From Nymphaea colorata (taxonomy: Eukaryota), in NCBI RefSeq assembly GCF_008831285.2, contig NC_045138.2:17174001-17238000 (forward strand): a DNA stretch of 64,000 nt, given 5' to 3'. The position numbers and the translations under genes were made by a program. The notes under the pieces were generated by a model that was not told the origin of the DNA, did no database searches, and saw only the letters and a program-made list of their open reading frames with translations. Of this stretch, positions 13,149-26,200 are shown piece after piece; the stretch's first letter is position 1; each line of letters starts with the position of its first letter.

Positions 13149-13594
13149 TTGGCAAGGAGTAGAAGGAAAGAATTATGAGAAAAGTTAGGAATGGGTGGCA
13201 TTGGGAGGGTTCACGACCCAACTTCCACGAAGGCAAATCAGGTTTAGTGAGCAACCTTTCTAAAATAAAGCACTACCAGAGATCACACCGTTTTTTGTAA
13301 CAAAAACACTGCATTAGTGTTTCATAAATCTGTCCCAAAAATTGAGGCAGATTCATGAAACACTGAATTCCAGTGTTCCATGAATCTACCCCAATCTTTG
13401 AGGCAGATTCATGAAACACTAATGTAGTGTTCATGATATGAAATGCGTTGTATAGTTTCTAACAGTCCTTCATTTGAAAGAGATCACTCACCAAATTACC
13501 TTATTTTCCTTTGAGTATTTTGAGTGGAAGAGCATCTTCCCAGTGCCACACACCCTGGATTTTCCAATGACTCTTTCCCCCTGCCACATGCCTA
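13149..13594 (-). ncRNA. MIR2118: miR2118/482-family precursor hairpin 3 (long fold-back); predicted mature ~13186-13207 CUCCCAAUGCCACCCAUUCCUA
   Basis: The mature-like sequence closely resembles canonical miR2118 (UUCCCnAUGCCnCCCAUUCCUA). The 5' arm (13534-13594, GGCATGTGGCAGGGGGAAAGAGTCATTGGAAAATCCAGGGTGTGTGGCACTGGGAAG) pairs with 13149-13210 over ~60 nt. Confidence 0.8.
13305..13431. repeat. Nested palindrome (four alternating ~25-bp units), MITE-like, at the apex of hairpin 3
   Basis: aacactgcattagtgtttcataaatctg...cagattcatgaaacactg aattc cagtgttccatgaatct...cagattcatgaaacactaatgtagtgtt. Confidence 0.8.
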
Positions 13595-13648
13595 ATAACA
13601 TATCAAAAAGGTTAAGGAGCCAAGAAGCACGAACCATGGCTAAAGAAA

Positions 13649-13758
13649 GAAGGAAAGATTGATTGGAAGACTACGGAATTGGTGGATTTGGGAAAACAAG
13701 ATTTGTGTTGTCTTTTCCAATCCAACCAAACGCTACTTTTCCAGTCTCTCTTTCATTC
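13649..13758 (-). ncRNA. MIR482: miR482/2118-family precursor hairpin 4; predicted mature ~13673-13696 (UU)UUCCCAAAUCCACCAAUUCC(GU)
   Basis: The 5' arm GTTTGGTTGGATTGGAAAAGACAA pairs with TTGTTTTCCCAAATCCACCAATTC across a short loop; lower stem CTGGAAAAGTAG/CGTAGTCTTCCAA. Confidence 0.82.
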
Positions 13759-15496
13759 CCAGTTTGCACATGTAACTGGGCAAAGTCATCAGGTAGAGGA
13801 AAAAAAAAAAAACACAGGGAAAGTAAAGAGGATGAAATTGAAGGAGCCTCCTGGAGGAAGCCATTGCCATTGTTGATCTCATCTGGTACCCATCTGCAAG
13901 CATGAGCCTCACATTTATCAGCAGAAGAAAACAGCTCATCACAGCCCATTGGTTTACCAATACCGCTAACTTGGCAGGTGTCGGATTCAATTCTTCTAGT
14001 TTACAGCAGTAAAAAGGTGAAAGAAAGCATCAATAATTGAATGTTACTGCTCATTGGGATGCTATACTTGACTTTGACTAAGCATCGGCGATGGTGGCCT
14101 CACATCACAATGCGTTAATTTAGTTGATATAAAGCGCTGGCATACCCAGAAGGGGCATTGAGATTCGGTCTCAGAATGGAACTTTGGTGCAATCCCCAGT
14201 TAGTTTGGATAAGGGATGCCAATGGCGTGGATATAAGAAAAAATTACATATCGATGTAGTAAAAATGGTAGAAGGCTTTTGGAAAGGAATACGATGGGTG
14301 CCTCAAATGGCTTACAGTGGTAGTTGGGAGAAGGTACTGTGGAACGTTGAGTCTTCGTTTCAATTCTCGTGACTCGTGGGTGTTAGGTTCTCGGGCCATG
14401 TGGAATGGGTTCCGGTACCTACCTGATGTGAAAATGCATCAGTATCATGTCTAATGCTGAAAGCAGATCAAAACCAAGAAAGGTTTGGGGTTGCTCTTTT
14501 TGTGGCAGTAAGTCGTAACCTCTTGTTCATACAGAAGGAATATGATAGATATTCATAATTACCAAAATTCCGATGTGATTACATCTTAAACTTTGGATGT
14601 GTTTTTCATCAAACTAATCAATATCCAGATACTCGAACATGGAACTGGTTATCTCTGATTGGAACTCATCTGCTTAGTTTGAACTTCGGATTTACAGTCT
14701 TCCAAGCCATATTTAAAAAGGGACTTTATTTTGAAACTAACGTTCTTTTAACATGATTTTTTTAAATATTTATCATTATCTCAATGAAAAGGGGATATAT
14801 ATATATCAAAACACTAACACGGCCATTGTGAGGACATGCATTAAAAGCTGGATTTGATCTTTTGAATGTACTTTCTGTCTCATGTTAGTCGGCTTTGATT
14901 ACCTTCATGTAGTAATAGAGAACGAGCGCCTTACAATTCTCGAACAATGGCCATTTTAAAATGGACCAGTAAAACATATTAAGCTCCATTTTGTACTTAG
15001 ATTGCCATGGTTAAACAGGTAACTCATCTTCAGAAATTTCCCAGCACCAACACAACTTTTGCAAATAATTGTCAAAAAAGAAGTGTCAGGTTGCACCTTC
15101 AAAATGACTAGCTCTCAACTTATGGAAGTTGGGACCTCGGAGACTGGAGAGATGCTTCAGCTTGTAAGCAAATTGCGAGAAAAGTTATCTCAACTATAGC
15201 TAAAGCAAATGGTTTGCATTCAACTATAGATCAATTATATACATATTGAGATTAATACTCAAAGACAAAGCAATTTCAGCAGGAAAATTTAACTTCCAGA
15301 ACAAAATTCATTACATCAGGGAAATAACCTTTGACAGAGTAGCCCATGGTTCTAGGTTAAACTCTTCACGCCCATCAATATATATCCCATAATTAGAAGC
15401 GACACAAAACTGTCCTAAATCCAAGCAAAAGCTATGAAATAGACCTTCGTCACAATCGATAAAGTCCAACGAAGAGACAACATAATTTTGTTCTTA

Positions 15497-18080
15497 TTAA
15501 TCCTCCTCCAAATTGATGGAGTCCTTGAATTTTCCATACAGAATCTTCTTCAGATCGGCCATCTGCAATAATACCGAGGACTTCTCATCCTCCAGCTTCT
15601 CCAAATTCTTACCGACCTCCTCTTTCATCTTTTCCAGTCTATTCTCAACATCTTCCCTTGGCATGTGAGTGAAAACCTCCCCCATTTGGAACCTCACCAT
15701 GTCTTCATCTGACAGAATCAGCTCATTGCTGGCATCCTCCAGGTTCTCACTCATTTCCTATAGACAAAGTGAACCGGTCAGTAGATAAATGGGTCTCATT
15801 CAAAGATGGAGAGCAACAAAGGGAACAAAATAGCATGAGATTGTTTTATAGTATAGGCACACAAACACGAAAATGCTTCCTCATCCTGAAACAAAGAGCA
15901 ATAAAGAGACAGTAAGATAGCATGGTGTACAGTTCTCGATAGAATAGGCAGAAAAACAAGAAAATGATTCCTCATCCCAACTGCACCAAAATTTGCAAGC
16001 TTTGTCCTTGGATGATATCAAATGCACCTGAAAATCTTGAACCAATTAGTAAAATTTTTGCACAATCTGCAGTTAGTTGCAACAAAGCATTTTATATTTC
16101 ACCGGTTACAAAGATTAAGGCAGGGAAGTGCTTTGTATGACTGCAATGCCCCTATAGCCCATTGAAAGGACAGATACGATGCCTCCTATGAAAGAATCCT
16201 CTACTCCAACTTCCATGAGAAAAGGCATGACAGCTTACTACAAGGTTTGCTTAGGCAGCCATTCTCACTACACAAACCAATAAAAATTTAAAAAACAAAT
16301 AAAATAAGGCTTAGGTGAAAAGAGATACTTCTCTCCTCAGGATGCTGAATTGCTGACCTGTTTTGCATATCTCCACTATGCTTCATGGACCATGTCCACA
16401 TCTAAGCGGGAAGCGGAGACAGTCACCAAAGTTACTAAAAAGCTATTGGGCACATTCAACCGCAATAAGTTAGTGTCATGCTGCTAACCACAAAATCCAC
16501 TTTAGCAGGGACTCATAGGGGAGACTAGAAGAGTTGAAACTTGAACCTAGACCTAGTGCAGGACCATGAGGAGGCTTAGAAAGAAGGTATTTGGAGAAGC
16601 TTTGAAATCTAAAGGTAATCACTTCCAATTTTGGATAACCTAGAGCAATGGTGCAGTTGAGCTCCTATCACTTGTAAAATTAAGAACTATAGGACATAAA
16701 GCACAGACAGCGCTCCTGTAGCAAAAGGATTGGAGAGAGAATGAGATACCTTCTATTTTCTTACTGCATCCCTAGTTGAAGTCTAAGTTGAGGATAATGA
16801 CTTGTTCTCTCTTAGCCACAAAATGTTACAAAATGAAGCTAGTGAGCTGCTGATTTATATTCAAGTAATCTCTGTTCGGGTAAGTGCCCTACTTAGTTTG
16901 GGTTGGCAATTATGAATGTATAGGTATGGTTATGTGCAAAGGCTATTTATAATCTGGACGTATATGATTATGTATGTGTAGTGCAAGGAAGGAAAATGAA
17001 CTGATCATTCATAATTAGCAGGACTGCCTCTGTCCATAAATTTTTCAAGTACGTATCTAAAAACAGAAACAGGCTCATGCTTGGACATCTATGCAGTTTT
17101 CAATGAGTATGTTATGATCTGATCGTAAATATATACACATATATATGTTGCAAGGGTGTAGAGAGAGAGAGAGCTAGTGCAGTAACTATAGTAGATTAGA
17201 GTGTTGGTGGACTGTACTTGAAGTACACAGATCCATAGGCAGATTGGGTGAGCAGACCTTATAATTTTTTCATGTATGAGAATATTTAGACCGAAGTGCA
17301 GCATGTAGTTCTTGTATGTTGTTGTGTTTAGATGTATACAAAGATATCTAAATGCATACATATATGAAATAGAATATATATATATATATAGAGAGAGAGA
17401 AAGATGCATTCAACAATATGTCAAGTTAAACATTTATTTGTTAATGAGCATGGAATAATGTTGTTTATAATAACATGTTATGATAAAACTGTGCAATGCA
17501 TAATTCTATGAGGCATGCCTACTAGCTTAAAGAAAATAGAGATGAGATAACATCGTTCTTATATGAATATATATGACAACCATGTGAAAATATCAGAGAT
17601 AAGATAATATTGTTCTTATATATATATAATACATATATGACAATCAGATGGACATATCAGAGAAGAGATAATATTGTTCTTGTATGTATGTATATAACAA
17701 TCATGTAGACATATCAAAGAAGAGATGATGTTGTTCTTCCATGTATATATATATCAACCATATGGGTATATATCAAAGATGAGATAATGTTGTCCTTACA
17801 TGTACATATATGACAACCATATGGACATATCAGAGAAGAGATAATATTGTTTTTATATGCAAATATATGACAATCATATAGATATATCAGAGATGAGATA
17901 ATACTACTCTTACATGAATATATATGACAACCATGTGAATACAACAGGGATGATATAATATTGTTCTTATATGTATATATATGACAATCATATAAATATA
18001 TCAGAGATGAGATAATATTGCTCTTACATTAATATATATGACAATCATGTGGACATATCAGAGATGAGATAATATTGTTG

Positions 18081-18129
<49 letters not shown>

Positions 18130-19149
18130 ATAATTACATAGATATATCAGAGATAAGATACTTACTTGTTGTTCATACATGTATATCCATGGCATAAATT
18201 TGTGCACGTTAGAGTTGAAATAATGTTGTTCTTACGCATATATATATTAGGCAACCTTCTGTGCATGTTAGAGTTGAGATAGTGTTGTTTATACATATTT
18301 GTATACATGTCAACTGTATGAACACACTAGGGCAGAGATAATGTTGTTCATACATATGTATATTCAGGAACACATGGACAATCTTATGGATTTGAGCATC
18401 AATAATGTTGTTCATAAAAATGTTATATTGCGGGTGTAAATGAAACGGGTGCCTAGAGGGGTGTGTTTAGGTTGAGTGGTTGGACCATGTTGTTGCAGCG
18501 ATGATCTGGGATATCTCAGGAGGTTTTACTACAGGTTACTCTTGGTCTTTGTAAATTGTCTAGTGAATATTGATTTTATTCTGCCTATGTTTGTGCCCGC
18601 AAGGATTTCTGTTGATGCACGTCACTATAATCATGTTTGGTGGTGGTTAGACTATTGGTGTATCTTAGTCACCCACAATGGATTGTGTTACTACATTTAT
18701 GGTAGTAAACTTAGCCTTGGATTGACTTAAAGTTTCAAGTCACAGACAGTAGTTTGAGCTGCATGCTAGTTTTTGTTTAATATAACTACATATTTATTTT
18801 GTCGAACCATGCTCCACCTATGGTTGGATATTGTCATACTCAAAGCAATCTGACCCCATTTCCCTTCTATCTCTACAAGTAGTTCTTGATTGACTGATGG
18901 CTTTTGGAGGAACTCCTTCAGTTTTGCGACGGACTAGCATTGGCGATCTAGGCATTGAGTCAAGTTTGGGATTTTTTGTGACTTCATTTTCATCGAGTCG
19001 TTGTAGTCTTTTGATTGGGCTCTACACGGGTCCTTGACTCTTTGGGACATTGTTCTCCTTGTTGGATTTGTTTTTGTTTGGTAATTACCCAAGATTTGAT
19101 TTGACTTTTAAGACTTGATGTTCGTTCTGCAATACATTTATATTTTCTT

Positions 19150-19203
<54 letters not shown>

Positions 19204-20801
19204 AAGAAAAAAGAAAAAAAAATTGTGTCAAAACTTGGGTCGTGACAAGAACACTACCTCAAACACAGATCTCAATATCGCTTGGTATAGTATACGAAGC
19301 AAAATTCATGCAGCAGGAGAGAGACAAAAGGTCTCACAAACTAAAGCACGATTGAACAAACAAAGAAGCCCTTGGTAAGCAGCACATATGCAATGTTAAA
19401 TGCAAAAACGAACATAATCTTCTAGAACCAAGGGGATCACAAAGGAAGCAAGAAGGATGAAACGAAAGTCATCCATGTTTAATACTAAAGAGCTTAATAA
19501 GAACCATCCGTGACCACACCTCTTCAACTTAGGAGGAACTTCGTGGCATTCCATGTCAATCCAAGTAGATTTTGCTCTCGAAGAGAAACCAAGTTTCCTT
19601 GATTCAATTATTATGCTTACTTCTTTTTTTTTCTTTTTGTTGCTTCTCATTAAGAGTCTGAAGACCAGGGGATAAGATTCAACAGTGCAGCCACAAATAA
19701 TTTAAAATGCTGCAGACATTGCAATCAATGTGGATACTATCAAGAAACAGGAAAATAGTTTATCATGAATCTGCATCGGGCCTAATTAAGCTAATCTTTC
19801 TTCTAATGTAGCTCTCCAGAAATCCAAAATAAAATTCAGGAAGAATCAAATGAAAGGGAAGTAGTTCCAGTAGCTCCAAGGGCATCAACCTTGTAGGCAG
19901 TTGTACTTTTGTCATATCACTGGATCTTAAGTTATTCAGAGTTTTGATGTGGGGAACATAGTTCATTCTCCAATGGTTAATTGACAAATCGATACAGTTT
20001 TGAGAGTATGTTTTATGATCTAATTTTGTAGCAAAGAGCAATTTTCGTAATTAAATGGCAAGTTTAACAGGTTAATCTTGTGGCCAGTTAAAACTGACAC
20101 ATCAACATTAGACCATGAATGCATAAGAGATTTCTTCTTTTCATAGCTACGGACTAGCCCACAATAGACAAATTATGAAATGGAAAATGATCGGTACAGA
20201 TGGATCTTCATCAACAATTTATTTAAATGGAAAACTGTGCTGCTGGAAATGGTTTTATTCCCTAACTGCGGTGAATCATAGGCCCGATTCTTAAATGGCC
20301 TGAGACGAGAATCTCAGGAAGGAGACCATCGAACTCGAGTGCACAAGAAACAGAGACGGGTACCCAAAACTTTCCTCAAAAGACCAGTTTCAGACGCTAA
20401 ACGACACACGCTAATTCGGATATCAAAAAGAAACTGATGGTTCCCAATATCTTCACAAAGAAGACGAAAGCCCACACACAAACAGCAACCAGAACTAAAT
20501 GCGCATAAAAGAAAAGCGAACAAAGAACTCAAAAGGAAGAATATGGAACCTTGCTGGCTTTGATCTCATCTTCAAGCTCGTGGAATCTGCTGTTGAGTCT
20601 ACCAAAGCGGTTGATGTTCTGCTGGTCTTCCCATGTAACCTCGGCCTCCACTCCAGAACCCTAAAATCAGAATGTAAACCATGACCTTCCGCAAATAATT
20701 AGAACGAAAAACAGGATTATTTCTTGCCGGTTTGCATGTTGGTACTTGTAATTTTGAATCTGAACATCCTAAGCTTCATATTTAACATTCACCTGCTGCA
20801 T
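15497..20801 (-). CDS. PFD4: Prefoldin subunit 4, 126 aa. Exons 20793-20801, 20550-20660, 15497-15757.
   Basis: Spliced product [59 protein letters not shown]...[18 protein letters not shown]; canonical splice sites. Confidence 0.95.
17538..18415. repeat. ~57-bp minisatellite (about 10 clear units plus degenerate ones) with an embedded (AT)n, in PFD4 intron 2
   Basis: Consensus cagagatgagataatattgttcttacatgaatatatatgacaaccatgtggacatat. Confidence 0.9.
19152..19200. repeat. (AT)n microsatellite
   Basis: Pure AT run. Confidence 0.95.
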
Positions 20802-21229
20802 ATTCGGCGAACAGCAAGATCGTGAAGATCTTCTATCTCCGGGGGCTTCCCTTTGTGTTTTCTCGGCTTGCTTCGAATCTGAAGGATGGCACGTTGGTAT
20901 AATGGGTCTACTAAAGAAACTGTACTGTGTTTCTATGATCTCCTGCGAACAGAACGAATTTGATCCCAGCATTACGATATAGCAGATTGGATATTATCAG
21001 CACCTCAGGTTTGGACCCGTGCTGTCAGATGTCCAACCTGCAGATGGATCCATACTCATCAACACAACTTAGATCCGATACGAATTCGGCTTATTCATAT
21101 TCCTACACTTTTAACATGGCCAACTTCTAAATTTGTCAATCATTCTAAGATTATGTTTAATTATTATTCAAATACGAAAAACAGAAAATAGGCCGATACG
21201 GTCCAATGCAGGTGGGTTGATATAACATG

Positions 21230-21640
21230 TTAGCAGAGCTTGACCTCGGCCACCTCGTTCTCGGCTCGAGCCACATATTGCTAGGCTCGAATTTGATTCG
21301 AACTTGAATCGAGCTTCATAAGGCGAGTTGGAGCTCGACTCCGTGAACCCAGTCTAATCTCGAGCTCGACTCGTTTAAGTTTGGTCACTTGTTTCATATA
21401 TTTTCTTTAAATGAAAATGAAAAGCAACAAAAATGTATTAAATTCATCAAAAAATTAATGACATACCCTGAAGATTAACAAACAAGGAAGACACATTTAA
21501 ACAAGTCAAGCTAGTGTAACTTGAACTCAGCTGTTTATAACTCAAGTTTTAACTCTAGCTCGAGCTAGACTCATTTATTAAAAGAGTCAAGCTTACACAA
21601 GCAAGTTCGAGTCGAAAGGCTCGACTTGTTGTACACTATA
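21230..21640. mobile_element. Degenerate GAGCTCGA-rich MITE in the PFD4 promoter
   Basis: Dense ctcgagctcgactcg motifs as in the other copies; ends are approximate. Confidence 0.6.
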
Positions 21641-23239
21641 AGTGGGCGTATATCAACTGAAACACCATAGTGCTGAGGATTCCGAGATGAAACGAATCCG
21701 TAACAAAAATCGTATTTCAGTAAACTCTTGACCTCCTTAACTTGAAGTTCTAATGTCTCTAAATCCTAGCCAGGATGTCAAAATCGGTTAATATTACTTA
21801 TATATTTTTTGTTTTCTATTGATAAGCAAGCTCAGATTAGGCGGATTGTTATATCAAACTCTTGCAATTAAATTCAGCTGGGGTGTTAGAAAATGCATTG
21901 TCATCCAAATATCCGTTCAGGCATCGCATGTTTATCCAAATCATATGGCATATCGGCCGATACATGCCGATGCGTTTCCACCCATATTTGTGATATAAAA
22001 GATATACACATATGTATACATATACCATTAACAAGTCTCAAAAAATAACATTTGAATATTGTTTATGCGTATATTTGTCGAGACAAGGAGACAAATTAGC
22101 ATGCACAATAAATATAAAAAAATATTTGAAGTCGATCTTTTTCGAAAACGATGCCTTGCATTGGTCCGCAGTTTTCCATATTGTGTCATACTGTAAAGGT
22201 CATCCATCTAACTTTATATTTAAAACGAGTTTGCTCATATTCAATATGTTCGGAAACTGTGTTCGGATAGCTTCTGAAGCATTCCACCCTCCTCTTTTGA
22301 AAGAATTTTGATTCGGAAACTGTGTACTTCTGAAATTAGAATGACAATTTCAGTTCCATTTTCATTTGAGCTTCATAGTATGGACTTTTTTATTGTAGAA
22401 TTAAAAATGTGTTGTTTGATAAAAAAAAAGGAGCTAAAATTATAGAATTTTGCCTTGCGCTCCAAAAAGAGAGAAAAGAATCTAAATTCTGGAGTCGTAA
22501 TGCCACCCCTAAGGTGGGATCATAGTTCTGGAATGTTGATTCTAAAATGAGTTTGCAATTCTAAAATCGAAATTCCTTATTTGCCAACACAATTCCCATT
22601 TTTAAAAAATGACAATAATGGTTCCAAAATTTCATTGATTTCAAGTCAATCAAACATCCCCGGAACCATCAGATTAGGTTTTCGACATCAAGAATGTGGT
22701 CCTACTGTTAATTTTGCACATTAAACCTGTTTAATCTAGGCTTGTGCTTTGCTAGAATACATCTGCAGGTCAACAATGATCTACTCAATAATATATGACG
22801 ACTCCTGAATCCTCTCTCTCTCTGTCCATTATACTTTTTGTTAACGTAGTCACTGCATAAAATGTCACCCCTCATGCCACTTAATCATACTGAATAGAAG
22901 ATGGAAAATGGGTTCATAAATGCCAGCATTAACAATGTTTTGTTCTTAACCGTAATACAATGTAGAACATACTCATAATAGGAGACCTCTCTCTCTCTAT
23001 CCCCCCACCCCTCCGATTAACTCAGTCCAGGTAAGTATCCCTCTCCGACACATACCCACACAGCAAAACATTCACACAGGAAAAAAATGACTAATGAATC
23101 CACGAATGGAAGAAGAACGCCAGATATCTCTTCAGGACAACCAATAAACAATCATAACAACTGAATTAATACTCAGCTAGTCCATACAAAAGGAGGGGAG
23201 AAGCGCAACTTATTTATTCCAAGAAGCAGCTTTCTTTTT

Positions 23240-26200
23240 TCAAGAGACTGAAGATTTCCTAGCATAGGCGAGCACCATCACCAAATCTTTGGCTGAGGAA
23301 CCTGAAGCAGCTGCTACCCTTTTCGAAGTGGATGACTTTCTCAGCCACAAGTCTACAAGGCTATGCATTGCCAAGCTTGGGAGGACAGGTTGTCCACAAC
23401 ATGAGATTTCCACCTGTTAGGGGGAGAGAAAGGGAAACATTATCCATCTCAACGAACCTTTCATACTGTTTTCTAAACTAAAACATAGACAGGTGGCTAG
23501 CATCAAATTCTCATGAAAATAAATCATCAGCATACACTAAGACTGATAACGCTTTTCATCAATTTATTCTGCTGACAGAAATGGAAATGCATAAATTTTT
23601 CTAATAGAGATAGAGAATCAACTAAAGAATAGTTTTTGTATGAAAAACGTTGAGGCAACACAAAGGGATTATGAAATCAAACTGCAGATAAAAAAAATGC
23701 TCTAATGAAATTCAGGTAGAAATATTCAGATTTCAGAATGCCCTTTTCTGACATTATCATTTGCATGGTCTAAGTACTCTCTCGGAAAAATTCTAGACCA
23801 AGAACCATAGTATAAAGTACAATTTACAATTCATGCAAGCTGCTGTTGCAAACAGCAGGAAACAAATAAAAAAGGGAGGTGAATACACCAAAACAAAAGG
23901 AAGCTGGTAGCCTCAAGATACAAGTGAAAACATTCACGATGCTCAATACTGAAAGTGAAGAAAATTAGTTCAAGAAAATATCAAATGGATTCAGCCAATA
24001 GACCTACTAGCATACTTAAATCAGTCAGACAAGAGTTATGAGTCAATATATGCAAGCAAGAAAATGTAACAGTAAATTACAACGTACAATCAGCTACCAA
24101 ATTACAAACAAGGCAAAATGAAAGTGGTAAACATAGATATGTTTTGCAATTCAAACAACTATTATGTTACAACTGTGATACTATATCTCGAAAACATTTG
24201 AGAACATGATACAAATAGAGGTTTGACTATGATGTTTGCAGCTACTCAAACAGCAACCAACATTACTGACATGCTAAAAATGTTAATTATGAATTGAGAG
24301 CTGCTTCTGGACACTTGCACGCATAGCACATAGAGGTAGACAGAAATTGATAATTTAGAGAACTGCAGCTATGGCCGTTTAACATATTCCTTGTCTAAAA
24401 TAACATGAAGCTACACTTAGATGCATGCTGCCTACTTGGACTTGCATAGGCAAGCTGCAGACCAAGCTCGATCCTGCTTTAGCTGGGTCATACAGGCATC
24501 TCACAGTCCAACTCTACTGGTTAATATGTCTCAGTTTATATCTGATCGGTAGGCAACAGTCCATGAGGTCAAGTAGCCAATTAAAGAACACATAACCACT
24601 AAATCCCTGTAAATTTTGAAGCAAAATTAAACCCAACAGAAAAAACCTGGCACGCAGGATAGATAAGAGAATTCAATATCATTAAGACATTAACCCTAAT
24701 CCATGACTTAATAGTGATTAGGAGGCGGAAACTTAAAAATTACATTAAGAGTCCACAAACTTATGAAAATAATAAGAAAACTATCTCCTAAAACATAAGA
24801 GCTTCACACGACCCCAAACTTATTCACTAAAACTTCATCTTTTTAAACACTCAACAAAATCTACAATTGTAATAGCTCCTCTCTGTGACAGTAAAAAACA
24901 ATATAGAATGACTGTTTCTCTGAAAATTCACCAATTGGGCAGAAAAATTACCTCTGCTTCACTCTTGAGATCTAGTTTCTTGACCAGGTATTTCTTTATA
25001 AATGACACTGGAATGTTTCCATCTCTGCAACAGGAATACCAAAACACATGATCAGTGTTTAATATCTAAGAAAGAAAACTAACTTCCCATGAATAGATTG
25101 CAGAAGCTCCATGTCTGGAAAGGAGATAGTAAAACCATGAACAATTGAGTATCACTGGCTATTAAGTGCATAGACATTAATCGACAATTTGTTGGCTCTG
25201 AAACACCTAGCGGCTTACTATTTTAACAGGTCCACATACTTCAAAGAGAAAAGGAGAAAAAGAAAAAAAGACACATGCAATATGATAACTAAAAATGGCA
25301 CTGCAAAAATTTTATTAAAACAACTAAAAAGCAACAAACTTTTTTGCACTAGCAAACATAAGGAATACGATACCCCAACTAGAAAGAAGTTTAATCATTT
25401 CGAGAATCAATTATTTATGCTTGTGAAATAAAGTTGTATATCCTATAAAAGTTAAATGAATTTTCCCCAAGATTTGATCCAAATATCCTATGCTGGGAGA
25501 GATGAAAAGAATATGATCTTTTATAATCAGTAGCACTGTAGCAGAGCCAACCAGGGGAAAAGATACTGTTTTCTTGGCAACCACCCCCACCCAACCCCTA
25601 TCAGAAAAAAAAAAAGTTGGGTGAGGAGCAAACTCAGCTAAAAGCTCTCTAGGATAAGTGGATAACTGAAATTTCCCATCAATATGCTTAGGATAAAAAA
25701 TGGCATCTGGGATATGAGGAGGGAAAAGCAACAGAAGGTAAAACCTCGCACCAGCACAAAGTTGTGATGCATTAATTTACCAAATAAAGATACTGATATT
25801 CAGCTAGAAAAGAGGATATAAATATAAAAAAGAGAAAGCTGTTTCATATGAAGCCTTCAGTCATTACTTGCTTCCCTCATGGATCTTCATTCAGACACTT
25901 GCTAATCAATTGTAAAAGGGAAGCAGATTAAAAAATGAGCAAAAAACCTTAGTGCAGATTATGCAAATAAAGTATTATTCAAAAAACAAGAAGACTGTAC
26001 ATACCATGTATATGATAAATCAGCTATCTTTGAAGATCTTGAATAGGAAATGTCCTTCTTTGTTACTTATGAAAGCACCTTGAATATGAAAACTTAAGGG
26101 CTTTCGAGTTTCAATAGCATTTGGAAAGTATATGGCAGGCGTGTCGCAAAAGGTTTTACTCTAAAACATGGGTTGGCTTATGATGAAACCTTCAACCTCA

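Noticed and set aside
10145..13905. ORFs with GGIGKT / GIGGFGKT motifs as NB-LRR gene fragments
   Set aside because: No flanking NB-ARC motifs (kinase-2, GLPL); each motif sits in a hairpin arm and is better explained as MIR482/2118.
17538..18415. Regular repeats as a CRISPR-like array
   Set aside because: Eukaryotic intron; whole units repeat with no unique spacers, so it is a minisatellite.
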